Origin: Seison nebaliae
Lineage: Eukaryota
Assembly (NCBI GenBank): GCA_023231475.1
Contig: JALJEE010002741.1
Coordinates: forward strand, 1-64,000
Reading direction: 5' to 3'
DNA: 64,000 nt
In this document: in pieces, positions 40,001 through 53,400 of the stretch
Position numbering within the stretch: the stretch's first letter is position 1
Layout of the letters: each line of letters begins with the position of its first letter
Position numbers and translations under genes: made by a program
The notes under the pieces: generated by a model
What the model was told of the DNA's origin: nothing
Databases searched by the model: none
Seen by the model: the letters and a program-made list of their open reading frames with translations, nothing else

Positions 40001-43000
40001 ATTAATGAAATCGATGATACATTTCAATCGAATAATTCGAATGATGTCAATCGATTATGTCGTTTGGATCTCTATTCACTCTTTGCTGATTCCCCCAAAT
40101 TAATTCTCTCAGTAAATGATGAGAATCAATTCCGTCTCATTTTATTACAAGCTGTCGATTATATACCAGGTGATACACATTTCAATACGAAGAAAATGAT
40201 GACTTTGACTCCGGAAAATTTAAAAAGAGTTTTTGAAAAATTCTTTATAACTTCCAAAATTCAATTGATCGAGAAAGTTCTTTATACGACAACTTTCACA
40301 TTAATTCATCAACATGAAAATTCGTCAGTTATCCAAAAAGAGAAAGATATATTCTTCTTATTGAACGATTATTTTCCATATTTATTGAAAATTTTTAAAA
40401 GGTTAAAATTTCTCTACAATTCCAATTTGTTTCAACTCTTTTCATGATGATATGGAAAAGATTAGCGATTTTTAATTTATGAAATTTTTTATTGACAGTT
40501 TTCTTATCAGCTGAATTTCATTTGAATTCTCTCAATTATTTTATGATTATGTTTAAGAACATTGATCTTATCTGATGAATTAATTAATTATTTAAATCTT
40601 GATTTTTATTTAACATTTTTTAATGAAATTTCTTTCAATTTCAGATCAATCGAATTGAAATTATCTCAACCAGCAATCAATTTAATTATCAGATCGATTG
40701 ATATTTATTCGAGAGCAATCTTCGATTTACATGTGCCAAATTCAGAAATGTTGATTAGGAATAAATTTGGAGAATTACTCGATGGATTGATGCAATTTTT
40801 AATCGACAAAAATTTCCAAAATTTACAATTGGAGAAATCCATCATCAATATCGTTACGACCATCACTGCCAACATTCCCAAAATTGGTATTCCGAGAATA
40901 ATGTCAATAACTGAATTGTTGAATGATTCTTTACAAACTAAAGAATTGGTTTATGGATCAGATCATTTAACATTAGATGATTTTATTGATAAAATAATTT
41001 CGTCGTTTCCAAATATTCCTGATGAAATTCAAAAAGAATTTATACAAATGTTGAATGTAAATTTAGTAAGTAAGATGTTATTGGGAGATGATACGAAAAT
41101 TGTGAATATTCTTTTCGATAAAATAGTTTTCCATATGAACAATCCCGATTTCTTCTTCCAGATACCTATCATGATTATTGTACAAATAACAAATACGGAA
41201 ACAAAATCTTTGAGTCAACGATTGATATCTCTCGATAATGCCACTAATCAATTTAGACAATTGATGTGCAATATATTAAGTGAATTCCCTTCAACGCGTA
41301 TTACAGATCGTATGAGAAATATATTGAATTCAATAACAAAATTTGGGAAATATTTTCAAACGAATTTCTTAAACAAAGAACACAAATTATCAGAAAAGAA
41401 AGATTTCGTGATTGATAGATCGTTCGCTAATATGAAATCGTTACAAATTGGAAAATCGAATTTCCGTTTTGCACAAGTTAACTTGTTGAAATATGTGAAG
41501 CGATTATTGATAAGTTTATTCGAGAATTTTTCGAAGGAATTCGAAGAGAATCGAATAATTAACAAAATTTTATTGGAGAATTGTATAACATTTTTTAATG
41601 TATATCTATCACATACTCTTCCTGAATCGTTAAATGAGGAATCTTTCCAACATTCTATGTCAAAACTTTTGTTGGACATTACAGATAAACTATCAAAGAA
41701 GTTGAATGAAGAAAATTTCATTGATTTCCTTAGGAATCATGTATTCTCTCCAATAAATCAGACGAAATTGAAAGTTATCGAATTTGGTTTATCTGCTATG
41801 ATGGGGCGAGAAATTGAGAAACATTTATTGGAAGAATTATTTCCTTCGTTAATATCAATTGTAACATTTTCAATTGAAAATGATGGAATAAAAGATGAGA
41901 ATTCATTAGATGTTAATTATAATACACAATTAATTAATGGAATTAGAGCAGCGAAAATTATTCGTTTCAATTTACAAAACATCGACTGGACAAAGTTTTT
42001 GAAGAAAAATTTCATTTCACAGACAACAAAATTGAAAGTAAGTGGAGAGAAAAGGAAAATTGATGAAGATTATGAAATAAGTCTAACTTATCTTCAATTG
42101 ATAATTTTGTCATTAAATCAAATTAATTTGACATTGATTGAATTTAATGAAATGAAAGAACTGAAAAAAAATTTTGAAGAATCATCTCAACTTTTGAGAA
42201 ATGGAACAAATATGAAAATTTTATTGAGGAAAATTGAGAATGATGAAGAGGAATCGATTCTTTTCGATTATTTCTTAGCACTCATCAGTTTATTGGATGA
42301 TCCTCAACAACGAACAACATTAGATTTGAATGTATCAATTAAATATTTAATTCAATCGATTTTCAATTTTCTATTAATTCTCATGCGGAAGAATGATAAG
42401 AAACGATTGGAAATGGGAAAAATGATTTTTGGAAAAATAATTGAAAACAATTTAATTTGTCTCACAACTTATATGAAAGAGTTAATAGAAATGATTATAG
42501 TTTTAGAATATTTCCATTTATTATCAAATCCTCCAAAAAATAGAGATGATGAGAAAGATGTAGATGGAAAATTGGAGAGATATTTCCACCAACAAAATCA
42601 TGTTCATGGATTAATGTCGGGAAATAATTTGGTTTTCAACGAACTGACAAAGAATGTTCCTGCACATTTATTATTACCAAATCTCCTTCAATATTTCAAA
42701 TTATTTATTAGTCGATTGAATGAAGATAATATGATATGTTCAATGATTATATTCGGAATTAATACATCCATCTATTTCAAACCGTTCGAAAATGATAATG
42801 GAATATTCAAAAATAATCAAATAAAAGACTCTTTCCAAATTTATGATATTTTAGTTAAACAACTCGAAGTGATTAGTGGAACGTTGTTAAATCAAAATGG
42901 AACATCAGAATTCTTATGTAATTCAACACTCAATTTATTGGAATTCAGTTCGGATAATTTTAAAATTATTCTCAAAAAATATTTGTTGTCACCTGTCGAA

Positions 43001-44010
43001 ATTATCGATAGTCTCATGTTTGTTCATATGACGGAGAATCGTTTGTTGAGAATTTTTTCCGAATCATTGCTAAGTGTTTGTGAAGAATCGTTCGTCGAAT
43101 TATCACAAACTTTCATTAATTGGACAAATAATAATGGAGATCGAATATTTCCATTGACTATTCTCTCTCTCTATTTGAGTGGAATGGTTCAGAGTTTATT
43201 CAGTTCATATGCATTCTCATTTTTGGATGTAATTGCTGATCATCTTTCCGTAGAAAGTTTAATGACTTTTTAGATTAAAATTATTTAAATATTATTCTTT
43301 AGAATTATCGAAAGACAAATACAAATCGATTAATCAATTGATGATATTTAATTTGTTTTTATCTTCATTAAATTCAGTTTGTGTGTTTAATAATTCGAAT
43401 ATTTGGAATATGGATAATTCTACAAAATATTTCCAAATTATTTTAGGAAAAGTTTTACTTTTCTTCCCAATTTCTTTCTATATCTCCAATTCTTCTTTTT
43501 CCAGTATAACGAATTAATGACGGGAGAATGTTATAAGAAAATTATTACTCAAAATTTGTGGAAATCGATTAGTGGGAATGTGGGCAAATGTTTAAGCAAC
43601 ATTAGCATCTCTTCAAATGATCAAACTATTTGGAAATTGAGTCAAGATTCGATTATTGAAGAAATGATAAAAATTCGATATTCAGAAGAAGTTTATTCTA
43701 AATCTTTTATAAAATTTCAAATTTGTGGAAATTGTTACAGAATTTCATGTTGAACTACATCGAAATGTTAGAGAAGTTTTCTTCTCAATTCGGAAGTGAT
43801 TATCAATTCATCATTAATGAGGCAGGAATTATTATTGGTGAATTATTGGAAAGTTTCTTTTTTACTATTTTTAAAGAAAATATTATTTGGAAACTTTTTA
43901 AAGATAAAAATGAAAAAATCGAAAAACGCGGTAAAGAAATGTTGGAGAGTATCAATGAGTATTGTGGAATTGATTATCAGTCAATGTTATCATCGAAAAA
44001 GGATTTGTAA
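37072..44010 (+). CDS. HEATR1: HEAT repeat protein 1 / UTP10 (SSU processome). Introns about 40402-40644 (uncertain), 43257-43302, 43452-43504, 43691-43740 and 43853-43903
   Basis: N-terminus MSSLGDQLKKLALPQ...SFLFD...IEWLIYKFSIHYFNVDAL...YHQTSLFIR matches UTP10. The C-terminal ELLE..E.IEK pattern and about 2200 aa length also fit. Confidence 0.88.
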
Positions 44011-44106
44011 TGTAACTCTACTTTTATTTGTATAGACATCTATAAAAATTTTCTAATTGTTTAGGAAGTTTTTCTTTTGGTAAAATTTAAATAGAAAATT
44101 GTTTTA

Positions 44107-47100
44107 TTATTTGTTCATTGATGGGAGACGAGAAAGTAATTTGAAGAATGGATACATGTCTATGTTAGCGTCATGATGAATAATTTTTTCGATTTGTAAA
44201 GGATTTTGATTCGAGTCCTTCGTCGAATTGATCGATGTTGTATGAGATTGTAATTCCTTTCTTAATTCCTCATAGAAATGATGAAATTCTTCGTAGATAG
44301 ACCAATTTGCATAAGAAAATGTTTCGAGTTCTTGTTGAAATTGATCAGATCGTTCAAGAAGTTCTTCGAAACTGTCTAAAGTGAATAATTTGATTTCTTC
44401 AATTTGAAGAACATTTGAAATGACTCGATTGAATTTAGTTATTAATAGTAAGAGATTAGTGACATAAGTCTTAGCTTTTGGGAGGAAAAAGAAGAGAAGA
44501 TGCATCAAATTATGAAGGAAGCGCAAATGTTTCAAATGTAATTCATTTAAACTTTCCGTATGTTGATTTGTTGAATGTATTGTCTTTTCGAAAAACTTTT
44601 TAAGATTTTGAAGATGTCGAGTGAATTGTTCTTCTGCTACATCAACATAAATATAAGAAGTGAATGATGATAAGAATGATGATAAGAAATATCTGGTACA
44701 ATTAAGTTGATTGAAGAAATGTCTGATTCTCACACACAATTCCATCAATGGAATATTCTTTATAGTTTTATAATAATTTATAGTAATTTCTATTCGTTTT
44801 AAATATCGATTGAGTATCAACCAATTTCCACTCAAATCATTCTTACAACGATTAAGTAGAAAGAAGAAACGGAATATTCCATTATAGAATGAAAGAATCC
44901 GTTCATTAAACGTTAAATTTAATGGCCAAACTATTTTCGATTTGGATGACGAAATCTCCAACAAATTCCAAATGTCAATCACATAAATATGATATTTTTC
45001 ACCATTCTGTTCAATCACTTCGACATCCGTTGCAATATCAGTCAAATAATTAGTGAATTGACTCTCTAATAATGAATAAGATTTCTCCTGATTAAATTGT
45101 TTCAATCGACTCTTCTTCTCATCTCTCACATTCTTGTCTTCTGTTTCATCATCATTATTATTTAATATCATTGTTAATGGATTAGTTAACGTTAAATAGA
45201 AGTTCATATAAATCTTCTTATTATTAATGAATGAAAGATGTGAGAGTAATTCTTTATCCATTTTTTCATTGTAAAATTTCCAGATATTATTCGTCGATAA
45301 TACGTCGTGATGGAATAGAATTTGACGATTAAATAATTGTTGACAACTCCTCCCAATTAATTTCAATTGTTTCAAAAATGTTTGTAAGTTGAATTGATTG
45401 GAACCGATCTCGAAAATCGCGTCATTTGATCGATGAAGAATTATGGAGTATTCAGGAATTCGAATGGTATAATTCCGATTTAATAATTTCGATGCTGTTC
45501 GATTGAATCCGAAATGCCAAAGAGAATCGAATGAAACAAGATAGATTGAACGAATAACATTGAATGAGTGTTGAAGGAGAATCGTATTATTTAAGGAGAC
45601 AATTAACTTATCTTTAACAGTTTCATTCTCATTCAATTTTATTTGTTTCAGATGAACATAAAATTGGATATGACCGAAAAGAACTTTAAGAACTATCGAT
45701 GATAAGAATCGAATACGACTATCTAATACAGATAATAATTTATTTTGTAAATCGTCAATATCATCTACCATTTCTAATTCTTTCATATTTCTTTTATTTG
45801 TTTCATGTAAACTTTTCAAATTATCATCATAATCTAATATGGAATATAATAATGGTAATAATTCCACATCGAAATATGAATTACAATAATTCTCATCATC
45901 ATTAATCGAATCTTCATAATTATCAGCCATTCGACTAATCCAACAATATCGCTCTTCCGATATCTCATTTATGGATTTCTGTCGATTAAACTCCAACATA
46001 TTATGTGTCGTCAATTCTTCAAGAAATTGTTCTAACGTTTCATTGATAGAATGCAAAGTTTGATGAAGTATCTTTGTATATTTTTCAATTAACAAAAATT
46101 TTTCGGCAGCAGCAAATGGTAAGAATGGTGGAAATAATTCATAATTGATATAATAACTAAATTGTACCCAGAGACATGGCTTTAATAATTCTCTTTTGAA
46201 GAATTGTTGGAAATTGTTGTCTTCTCGATTCTCTAATTTGATTTGTTTCACCACTTTCTGTTGATCGACGGGATAAATGAAAAATTCATGGAACTGATTC
46301 ATAATCGATTCTTTCTCATTATTGAGAAGTAAATGGAATTTCGAATATAATAATTGAGATTTATTAATCCAAGTCAAACATTGATTAACAAAAACATTGA
46401 CACATTTGCTCGACACCTTTTTCAACCATCGTCCAACTAATTCATTTCCTCGACCATATCGATCCAAATGTTCATAAATCACATTGATGATTCGAGCAGA
46501 TATTTCAGTTAAATTTTGAAATTTCTCCACAAATAAACGAAGAACTTGAATTGATGTCGACGCATTCTTCTCACTTTTTAATGCTGTTGGCGATTGGAGA
46601 CAATCTGTCAAGAATTCTTCATCACAATTCACTTCACTTGAATAGTTTTGTAGACCAGACAACATTTCCTCAATCTCACTGCAAACTTTATAAATGACAA
46701 TCAATGGACGATGATAAATATTCAATTTACTTACTAAAGAATTCAAAGTGAATGTTTCTGCACTCTCTTTCTCATTCTGATTAAATGTTAATTTTAAGAA
46801 ATCGTCTTCATCGATATCACTCTCGATCTCTTCCTCCAAATCATTTGATGATAATTGACTATCGGAAATATTAATATATTGTTTCTCATTAATTCTTTCT
46901 TCATTATCGTTTTCATCAAAAATTATATTTAAAGATTCATTAACATAGTTGAAATCAGTTAAGTTATTGTCAATATCATTCTCATTTCTGATTTCTTTAT
47001 TTTCATTCTTTAAATTAATAAATCTTTCATCAATTCGATGGAGATCATTGGATATAATTTCTGATTCTTTCTCTTTCATTGTCCTTAGATTTAATCGTCG

Positions 47101-47550
47101 ATTGATAATTAAATGTCGTTCGATCATTTTATCAATTTCAATCAGTTTCTTATCGAACTCTTCATGTAAACATTCGTCGATTCCTTCACATAATGATTGA
47201 AGGTAAATGAGAGAACTTGATGAATTCAACAAATTAAAAACTGAATCTACTGAATCCAAATGACGACGCTCTTCTTCTGGATCCATCATCTCCACTTGTG
47301 GCAACGTTTCACACAAATGTCTCAATGGTAAATATCGATATCGCTTCACGAATCCATTCAAATACCATCGATATGACGCGATGTTTGTGAAGATATATTC
47401 GATCAATTCACTTTCTTGTTTAGTACAAATCTTCTCATTCCCTTTTAATAAGTTGGAGAATCGATCCAATTTTCCCAATTTATTTCGATTTTTTTCATCA
47501 AATTCATCATTTGTCAAAATTTTCAATATTATCTCCCGAATTAGCAACAT
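44107..47550 (-). CDS. TUBGCP4: Gamma-tubulin complex component, GCP4-like (Spc97/98 family), intronless ORF; start uncertain (ORF is open to 47589)
   Basis: VWPLNLTFNERILSFYNGIFRFFFLLNR, YIYVDVAEEQF, and N-terminal MLLIREIIL resembling GCP4 MIHELLL. Confidence 0.65.
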   Translation of the reverse strand: MLLIREIILKILTNDEFDEKNRNKLGKLDRFSNLLKGNEKICTKQESELIEYIFTNIASYRWYLNGFVKRYRYLPLRHLCETLPQVEMMDPEEERRHLDSVDSVFNLLNSSSSLIYLQSLCEGIDECLHEEFDKKLIEIDKMIERHLIINRRLNLRTMKEKESEIISNDLHRIDERFINLKNENKEIRNENDIDNNLTDFNYVNESLNIIFDENDNEERINEKQYINISDSQLSSNDLEEEIESDIDEDDFLKLTFNQNEKESAETFTLNSLVSKLNIYHRPLIVIYKVCSEIEEMLSGLQNYSSEVNCDEEFLTDCLQSPTALKSEKNASTSIQVLRLFVEKFQNLTEISARIINVIYEHLDRYGRGNELVGRWLKKVSSKCVNVFVNQCLTWINKSQLLYSKFHLLLNNEKESIMNQFHEFFIYPVDQQKVVKQIKLENREDNNFQQFFKRELLKPCLWVQFSYYINYELFPPFLPFAAAEKFLLIEKYTKILHQTLHSINETLEQFLEELTTHNMLEFNRQKSINEISEERYCWISRMADNYEDSINDDENYCNSYFDVELLPLLYSILDYDDNLKSLHETNKRNMKELEMVDDIDDLQNKLLSVLDSRIRFLSSIVLKVLFGHIQFYVHLKQIKLNENETVKDKLIVSLNNTILLQHSFNVIRSIYLVSFDSLWHFGFNRTASKLLNRNYTIRIPEYSIILHRSNDAIFEIGSNQFNLQTFLKQLKLIGRSCQQLFNRQILFHHDVLSTNNIWKFYNEKMDKELLSHLSFINNKKIYMNFYLTLTNPLTMILNNNDDETEDKNVRDEKKSRLKQFNQEKSYSLLESQFTNYLTDIATDVEVIEQNGEKYHIYVIDIWNLLEISSSKSKIVWPLNLTFNERILSFYNGIFRFFFLLNRCKNDLSGNWLILNRYLKRIEITINYYKTIKNIPLMELCVRIRHFFNQLNCTRYFLSSFLSSFTSYIYVDVAEEQFTRHLQNLKKFFEKTIHSTNQHTESLNELHLKHLRFLHNLMHLLFFFLPKAKTYVTNLLLLITKFNRVISNVLQIEEIKLFTLDSFEELLERSDQFQQELETFSYANWSIYEEFHHFYEELRKELQSHTTSINSTKDSNQNPLQIEKIIHHDANIDMYPFFKLLSRLPSMNK

Positions 47551-48394
47551 TTCGATGTACAATTCTTTCAAATTATCAAAATATGACAAATTCTTTTAAG
47601 TTTTTAGAAACCAGCATCGAAATAATTAAGTTGGCTATTAATATTTATGATTTCCCCATCAGCTTACTGTTCTCCAACTACTAAATTTTGTTAATTTCCT
47701 TTTAACGAATAATTTTGTTTTACTATTAAAAGTATATTAAGTTACAATTCTTTCAGTCTCTAAATATTTTATTAATTATTTAATATCTCTTATCCGCTCT
47801 ACTTTGGGGTTATTAGATTTAATAATAATAAGATTTCTTTCAAAATTTTTTCTTACTTGTCTTAATTTTTATTTAGCTTTAGTTCTAACTTGTGAAAACG
47901 AAAAACAAGACATTCAGAAAATAAAAGAGAATTTACAATTTAATTTTCTTTAATCGTCGATTTCATATTTGCTGAATTCTTAAATGGTTGTTTCACACGT
48001 TTAGGTTTAAGTCATACTTGCGATAACATAAAATGTAGAAACATATATAATAAGACATTCAGTGAAATATTGAAAAAAGTTTCAATTTATTATTGGGAGA
48101 AAAAGTGAAGAAATTTTTAGAAAGAAATATTATATAATCTTACTATCAATATCTCTTCAAAGGAATTTGAACCTTGTGAAAATAAACATTATCTATGTTA
48201 GAATAAAAGTTGATAATAAAAAAATTACATTTGGGAATTATTTGTCAAGTATATTATCTATTTGTCTTTGTTTGTGTAATCGATTAAAAATAAAACATAA
48301 AAAGCGAAGAAAAGGTAAATAAATTTTAGATCTAGGGATAAATTTTAAAAATCTTAATAATATTGAAGCCATGAGATGCTGAAATGAATTTCAT

Positions 48395-49796
48395 CTAATT
48401 AATGGAAGATAAAGAGAAAGCATTTTCCAGTGCGTCCAGTTCAGTTGCGTTGCTTGTTTGAGAAGAGGATGATGATGTCTCTAAAGAACTGCGAGGATTT
48501 CTTCTTATTCTGGGATAACCAGTACGTCGTCTTGCAGTTCGACGGTTTCCATTTGTTGGCAGAGGAGGACGACCATCCATTTGATACCGTGTCACATGAG
48601 TAACTGGAGGATTATCACCTTCGCGATGTTCAGTTTTGGTTACTATGGAAACGATCGAAGGTGATTTCGGTAAGTTCTTAAGAACTTGTTGCTCATGTGT
48701 TCGTTTATGCAATTCTGTATGCCAATCCGTTAAACTGGCAGTTCGTTGTATAGCTGGTGGTAACTTACCATAATCGATATTGGTTGTGCTTGGTTGAATT
48801 TGGGAAATGTTTCCATAATCAGTTCGTGTTTGTATGGAACAGGAACGAGTAGGTCGATTTCTTCTGGGAATATTCATTTGATTAACATTCCAATTATTTA
48901 TTGGGTTACTATTGAGATAATTAATTGGATTATTTAATGAAATATTTCCAATATTACTTGCTCGAGATGATGGTCGTTGGAATATGACATCATGTACTGA
49001 AGGTCGACGACTACAACTTTGAGAACGTGTTAGATTTCCTCTCGACGATCTTCCTAATTGTCTATTAAATCTTTTTTGATTTTCTATTATTTGCTTATAT
49101 TCGTTTCGATTCGGCAAATTAACTGGAGTCGATGGAATCATTTGACCACTGGCATAATCCACATAATTCCCTGGATTAATCATTCCATGTGGTCCTTTAT
49201 TTTTTACGTTATCTAATTCGCGATTACTATTCAGTTGTTCGACCATATAATCATGATTGTTCACTGACAACATACTAACACTTGGTTGTAATCCTTGTGT
49301 CATATTTGCAGTATTTGAATAATCTTTCCTATGGAATGAAAATTTCTTAATAGGTTCTTGATGTTCAACAACAATCTTCTCCAAAGTTTTATCTTCCTCG
49401 TCAACCGTAATCAATTCATCAGGACGATCGACGAAATTAAAAGTATTTTCATCAGTTTTCTGAGGTACCAACATCTCTGTGACTGGAATATAAGTATTCA
49501 TCGATTTGGTACCCCAAAAAATGCCTAAAATGAAAAATAAATATATTTACAAATCTCAGTTTTAAAACATTAAAATGTTAACCATCACCAGTCAATTTGA
49601 TTTCATGTCGCTTTTCATAAGCGTCGATTAATGATAATGCTTCTTCCACCAGATCATTATCCCGTTGTTGAATAGGTCGTTGAACTTGTTTATTTGCAGG
49701 TGTGGTATATGTAAGCCATCGTGAATCCTTGATGGACGGCTTATTACGGAGAAACGGAATGTTAATTTTCAATTGAGATTGACGCAAACGATTCAT
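48395..49796 (-). CDS. Hypothetical disordered S/R/N-rich protein; intron 49525-49582
   Basis: Two ORFs are joined in frame by a 58-nt GTT-AG intron. No recognised domain. Confidence 0.7.
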
Positions 49797-50400
49797 TCGG
49801 ATTAAGATGGACAGAGAATCATGAATAAGTGAATTGAATAAGAAATGAATTAAGAGATATTCATATAAATTTATTCAAAATACAATTATGATTAATTGTC
49901 CTTCAAATTCGAAGTAACAACAATAATAAATGTCAATTCATCGATAATCAAATGAATTATTAGAATAATTCAGAAAATAAAGAAGAATTTGGTGGAGGGT
50001 GATAATTTTTTATTGAATAAATTTCATGATATTCATATGATTAATTCGGTAAGACTTGATATAATGAGAAATTGAGTCATTTGGATACAGTCCATCGTAT
50101 CCATTCTCATATTCGACAATCAAATCAACAATCAATAAGTGGAGACAATAAGTGAAAGAAATTATTAAATTTTATTTGATTTAATTTCTTGTAGGAAAGA
50201 CACATCTCAAATCAAATCATATTAATCGCCATATCATATGAAACAGATGAAAGAATTATAATTAAATAGGAAATTTATAAAATTTGTTTTTATTAAAATT
50301 TTTCTTCTTTAGATAATTTATCGGTTTACTATTCTCATCAGTCAAGAATCTGTATAGATTTCTGATTATTTTCTGAACGATTTCTTCTTCTCATATACAG

Positions 50401-53400
50401 TCAATCATATTCAATCGCCTCTTTCAATTTTATACATCTATTTTTATTCTCTGTTGATATCACGTAACCTTTATGGCAAGTACATTCATATTGGTAATCT
50501 GTGCGCTCTCGACAATAATGTTCACAGTTCTCTGAACATTTCAATAATTCTATAAATTCATCAAAACATCCATTTTCCCCAATAATTAATCATTTAAATT
50601 TTAATCAATTTCAAATTATCTAACTTTGTTGAATGATTGCATTGATACCATTCGTCGCATCTGATAAATCATCTGATTCGAATATTAATCGTAGTGATTC
50701 GTCACTTCTCATTTGATAAGTTAAACGATTCTCAATAACATTATCTTCCCAGTAAATCGTCTTTTCATTTTGGAAAGGTCTCGTTTGTTTCCCCGTGCAC
50801 AATTCTTCAAAGTAACAATAATTATTCATTGAAATCTTTCGATTGTTGTAACGAAATTGATGATACTTCTCCATATTCAATAATGGATCCAACTTTGATG
50901 TATAATTCTTCAATAATTCATTTCTTATCAATGTCATTTCATTCCTGAGCATTCTCATCAAATTCTTCGAATCATCATCTTTCATTTTTCCTCGTAATCC
51001 CAACTTTGTCAAAACATTCTTCATTATCATCTTCTCCATATCATCCGAAAGTATTTTATTGAAACAAATATTATTATTCTTTTGTAGTTTGTAAATTTGG
51101 AGGAAATCTCTACAATTCTTCGTTCGTTCATTCTAACAAAAAGTAAGAAAATATTAAAAAATTACAATGTCAATAAAGAAAAGTCATTACAATGCCAACA
51201 TATTTGGGTAGATCGATTTGTGTGAAATTGATGAGAATTGAATAATTTTCTTTCGGGATAATGTCCCAAAGACATTGTTGTAAATTTGGATAAGAAATTG
51301 GGTAATTTTTTGTTCGCAATTCAACTGTTTCATTTTCATTCAGATGTCTTAAATCGATAATTCCTCCACATTCACCTGCAAATTTTATAATTTCTCAATA
51401 TTGAACTATAATTTAACTTCGACATTCGTATATTATTCTTCCGTTTACTTTCATCATGAATAATCGTGAATATTCGTCACAATTACATGTGTAATCATTC
51501 AATAAGTTCACACATCGATGGTTTCGACCACCACAAAGTTGATTAGATCCATTCTTTCCGTTGTAGATGATACATTCATTGGCATCGATAAAAACTTCTA
51601 ATACGAAACCGGTGGATGATGTTTCATTATCGGTTTGATATTCGATTAACATTGATGTCGTATCAGAAATTTTTGTATATTTATTATTCAAATAATTTGT
51701 TGATGAATATGTCCGATGTCTCTCATCATCATAATCATAATAATCTCGTTTAATTTCTTAAAGAAGAAAAATAGAATATAAAAGGATAAAAGAAATAAAA
51801 CAGAATTAACGTCGTTTGTCGACTCCGATTAATTCGTTTTTAGTTTCATTATGAAGAATTGAACCACACCATTCAGCCAACAAAGTATCAACGTTCAAAT
51901 CTTCATGATTATTGTACAATCGAATATAATCGAAACATTTCATAGTATCGACATGACGGTCTTCTAGAATCATCGATCTAACTCGAATTGCGGGATTATG
52001 AAATTTCTTCTTTGTGAAAATCTTCCAACGACAATGTAGTCGATTTTTGCTTTTATATGGGAAGTTTGGAGATTGTATTAACATAAATTTCTTCTTGTCA
52101 TTAAGTCTCTCATCTAAATTAATTATTCCTCCACATTGTGCTCGATATCGGATTGAGAGATGATCATTACGAAAGTCTAGTATCTCTTCAATCGTTTTAT
52201 TCAATTCATAAAAATATTCCAATAATTTCCCAGTTTTATGTTGAGAAAGTTTTCTCTTCAAATTTGATTTGTCTTCCGACGATTTATTGAAAATTGGAAG
52301 AAAACTATATCGATTTGAATAGTGTTTGGATAGAATGTCTTTTGAATGATTTGGAATAATGTCACCGAAGGGTTGTTCCAACCATGGAACAATCGGATAC
52401 TCCACCACCTCATTCAACATCAAATGTACTCGTTCGACAATTTTTGTTAAGATTCCTACTTCTGGTCTCCAAACCATTTCGATGACAACTATGGGTGATC
52501 TGGATGGAATAATTTTCGCTCGTCTAATTTCATCATGATCTTTCGACAGTAAACAAAATAAGTCTGTGGAACAAGATAAGAAAGATGAGTTAAATGAGAA
52601 ATGAGTTAAATTAACAGATTGTCGTATAAGATTCATATGGTCCATCGATGATTCTCATAAATTGTTTACAAATAAGATTTGTTACATAATCATCTTTCAT
52701 AATCTTATGTAATTTATAAGAAGTTTGTGGGAGTTTCATTTCTTTTACCAAATTCAAACCAATTCCATTTAATTCGACCAATACCGTTTCTGAGGAAGCA
52801 GATTTTAAGATCCAACTACATTTCATTGAACGAATATTGTGTGACTTGAATGGTTCAATTGGATGTGATCGTCTCTTGCGCACAAAACTTCCTTTATAAT
52901 TATTCGATTCATGTTTGTTGATATGTTTTATTAAGACTTGCATCAGCTCATCTATTTTGTCGAACATTTTTGTTACCAATTGGACATGTTCGATATTCGC
53001 TTTCCGTCGACGTGATCGATATTGTCCTTTATGATCGTTCTCGATTGGCGAGACGCGTCGATCAGTTGAAAATTTATGAATTAAATTTTTATTCAATTTC
53101 ACTTGTCGAAGAATTGAGGTATAGTTGGAAATTGTAATTTTTGTAGCGTTGAAATTCAATTTGTTATTAGGTAGGAAAAAAGTTGGGGATTTTCGAATAG
53201 TTGAATTGAAATTTCCAGTTTTGTCCTTCCTTTTAGAATTTAATAGCGGTTCGTCATTTTTTTGCGATTTGTCAACTTTTTCTGCATTCGACAATTTCCC
53301 TTCGAGATCATTAAGAACTTTTATATAAAATTCCACTTTTTCCTGACGGAATTCAAGATAATGTGCTGGGAGTGTAATACTCTTCAATTCGTCATCTTCA

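Noticed and set aside
33047..47599. Antisense ORFs overlapping GMPS, HEATR1 and the GCP4-like gene
   Set aside because: Shadow ORFs arising from codon bias on the opposite strand.
47600..47900. T-rich stretch resembling mitochondrial DNA (NUMT)
   Set aside because: No recognisable mitochondrial gene motif; it could simply be a 5' intron or promoter of the GCP4-like gene.
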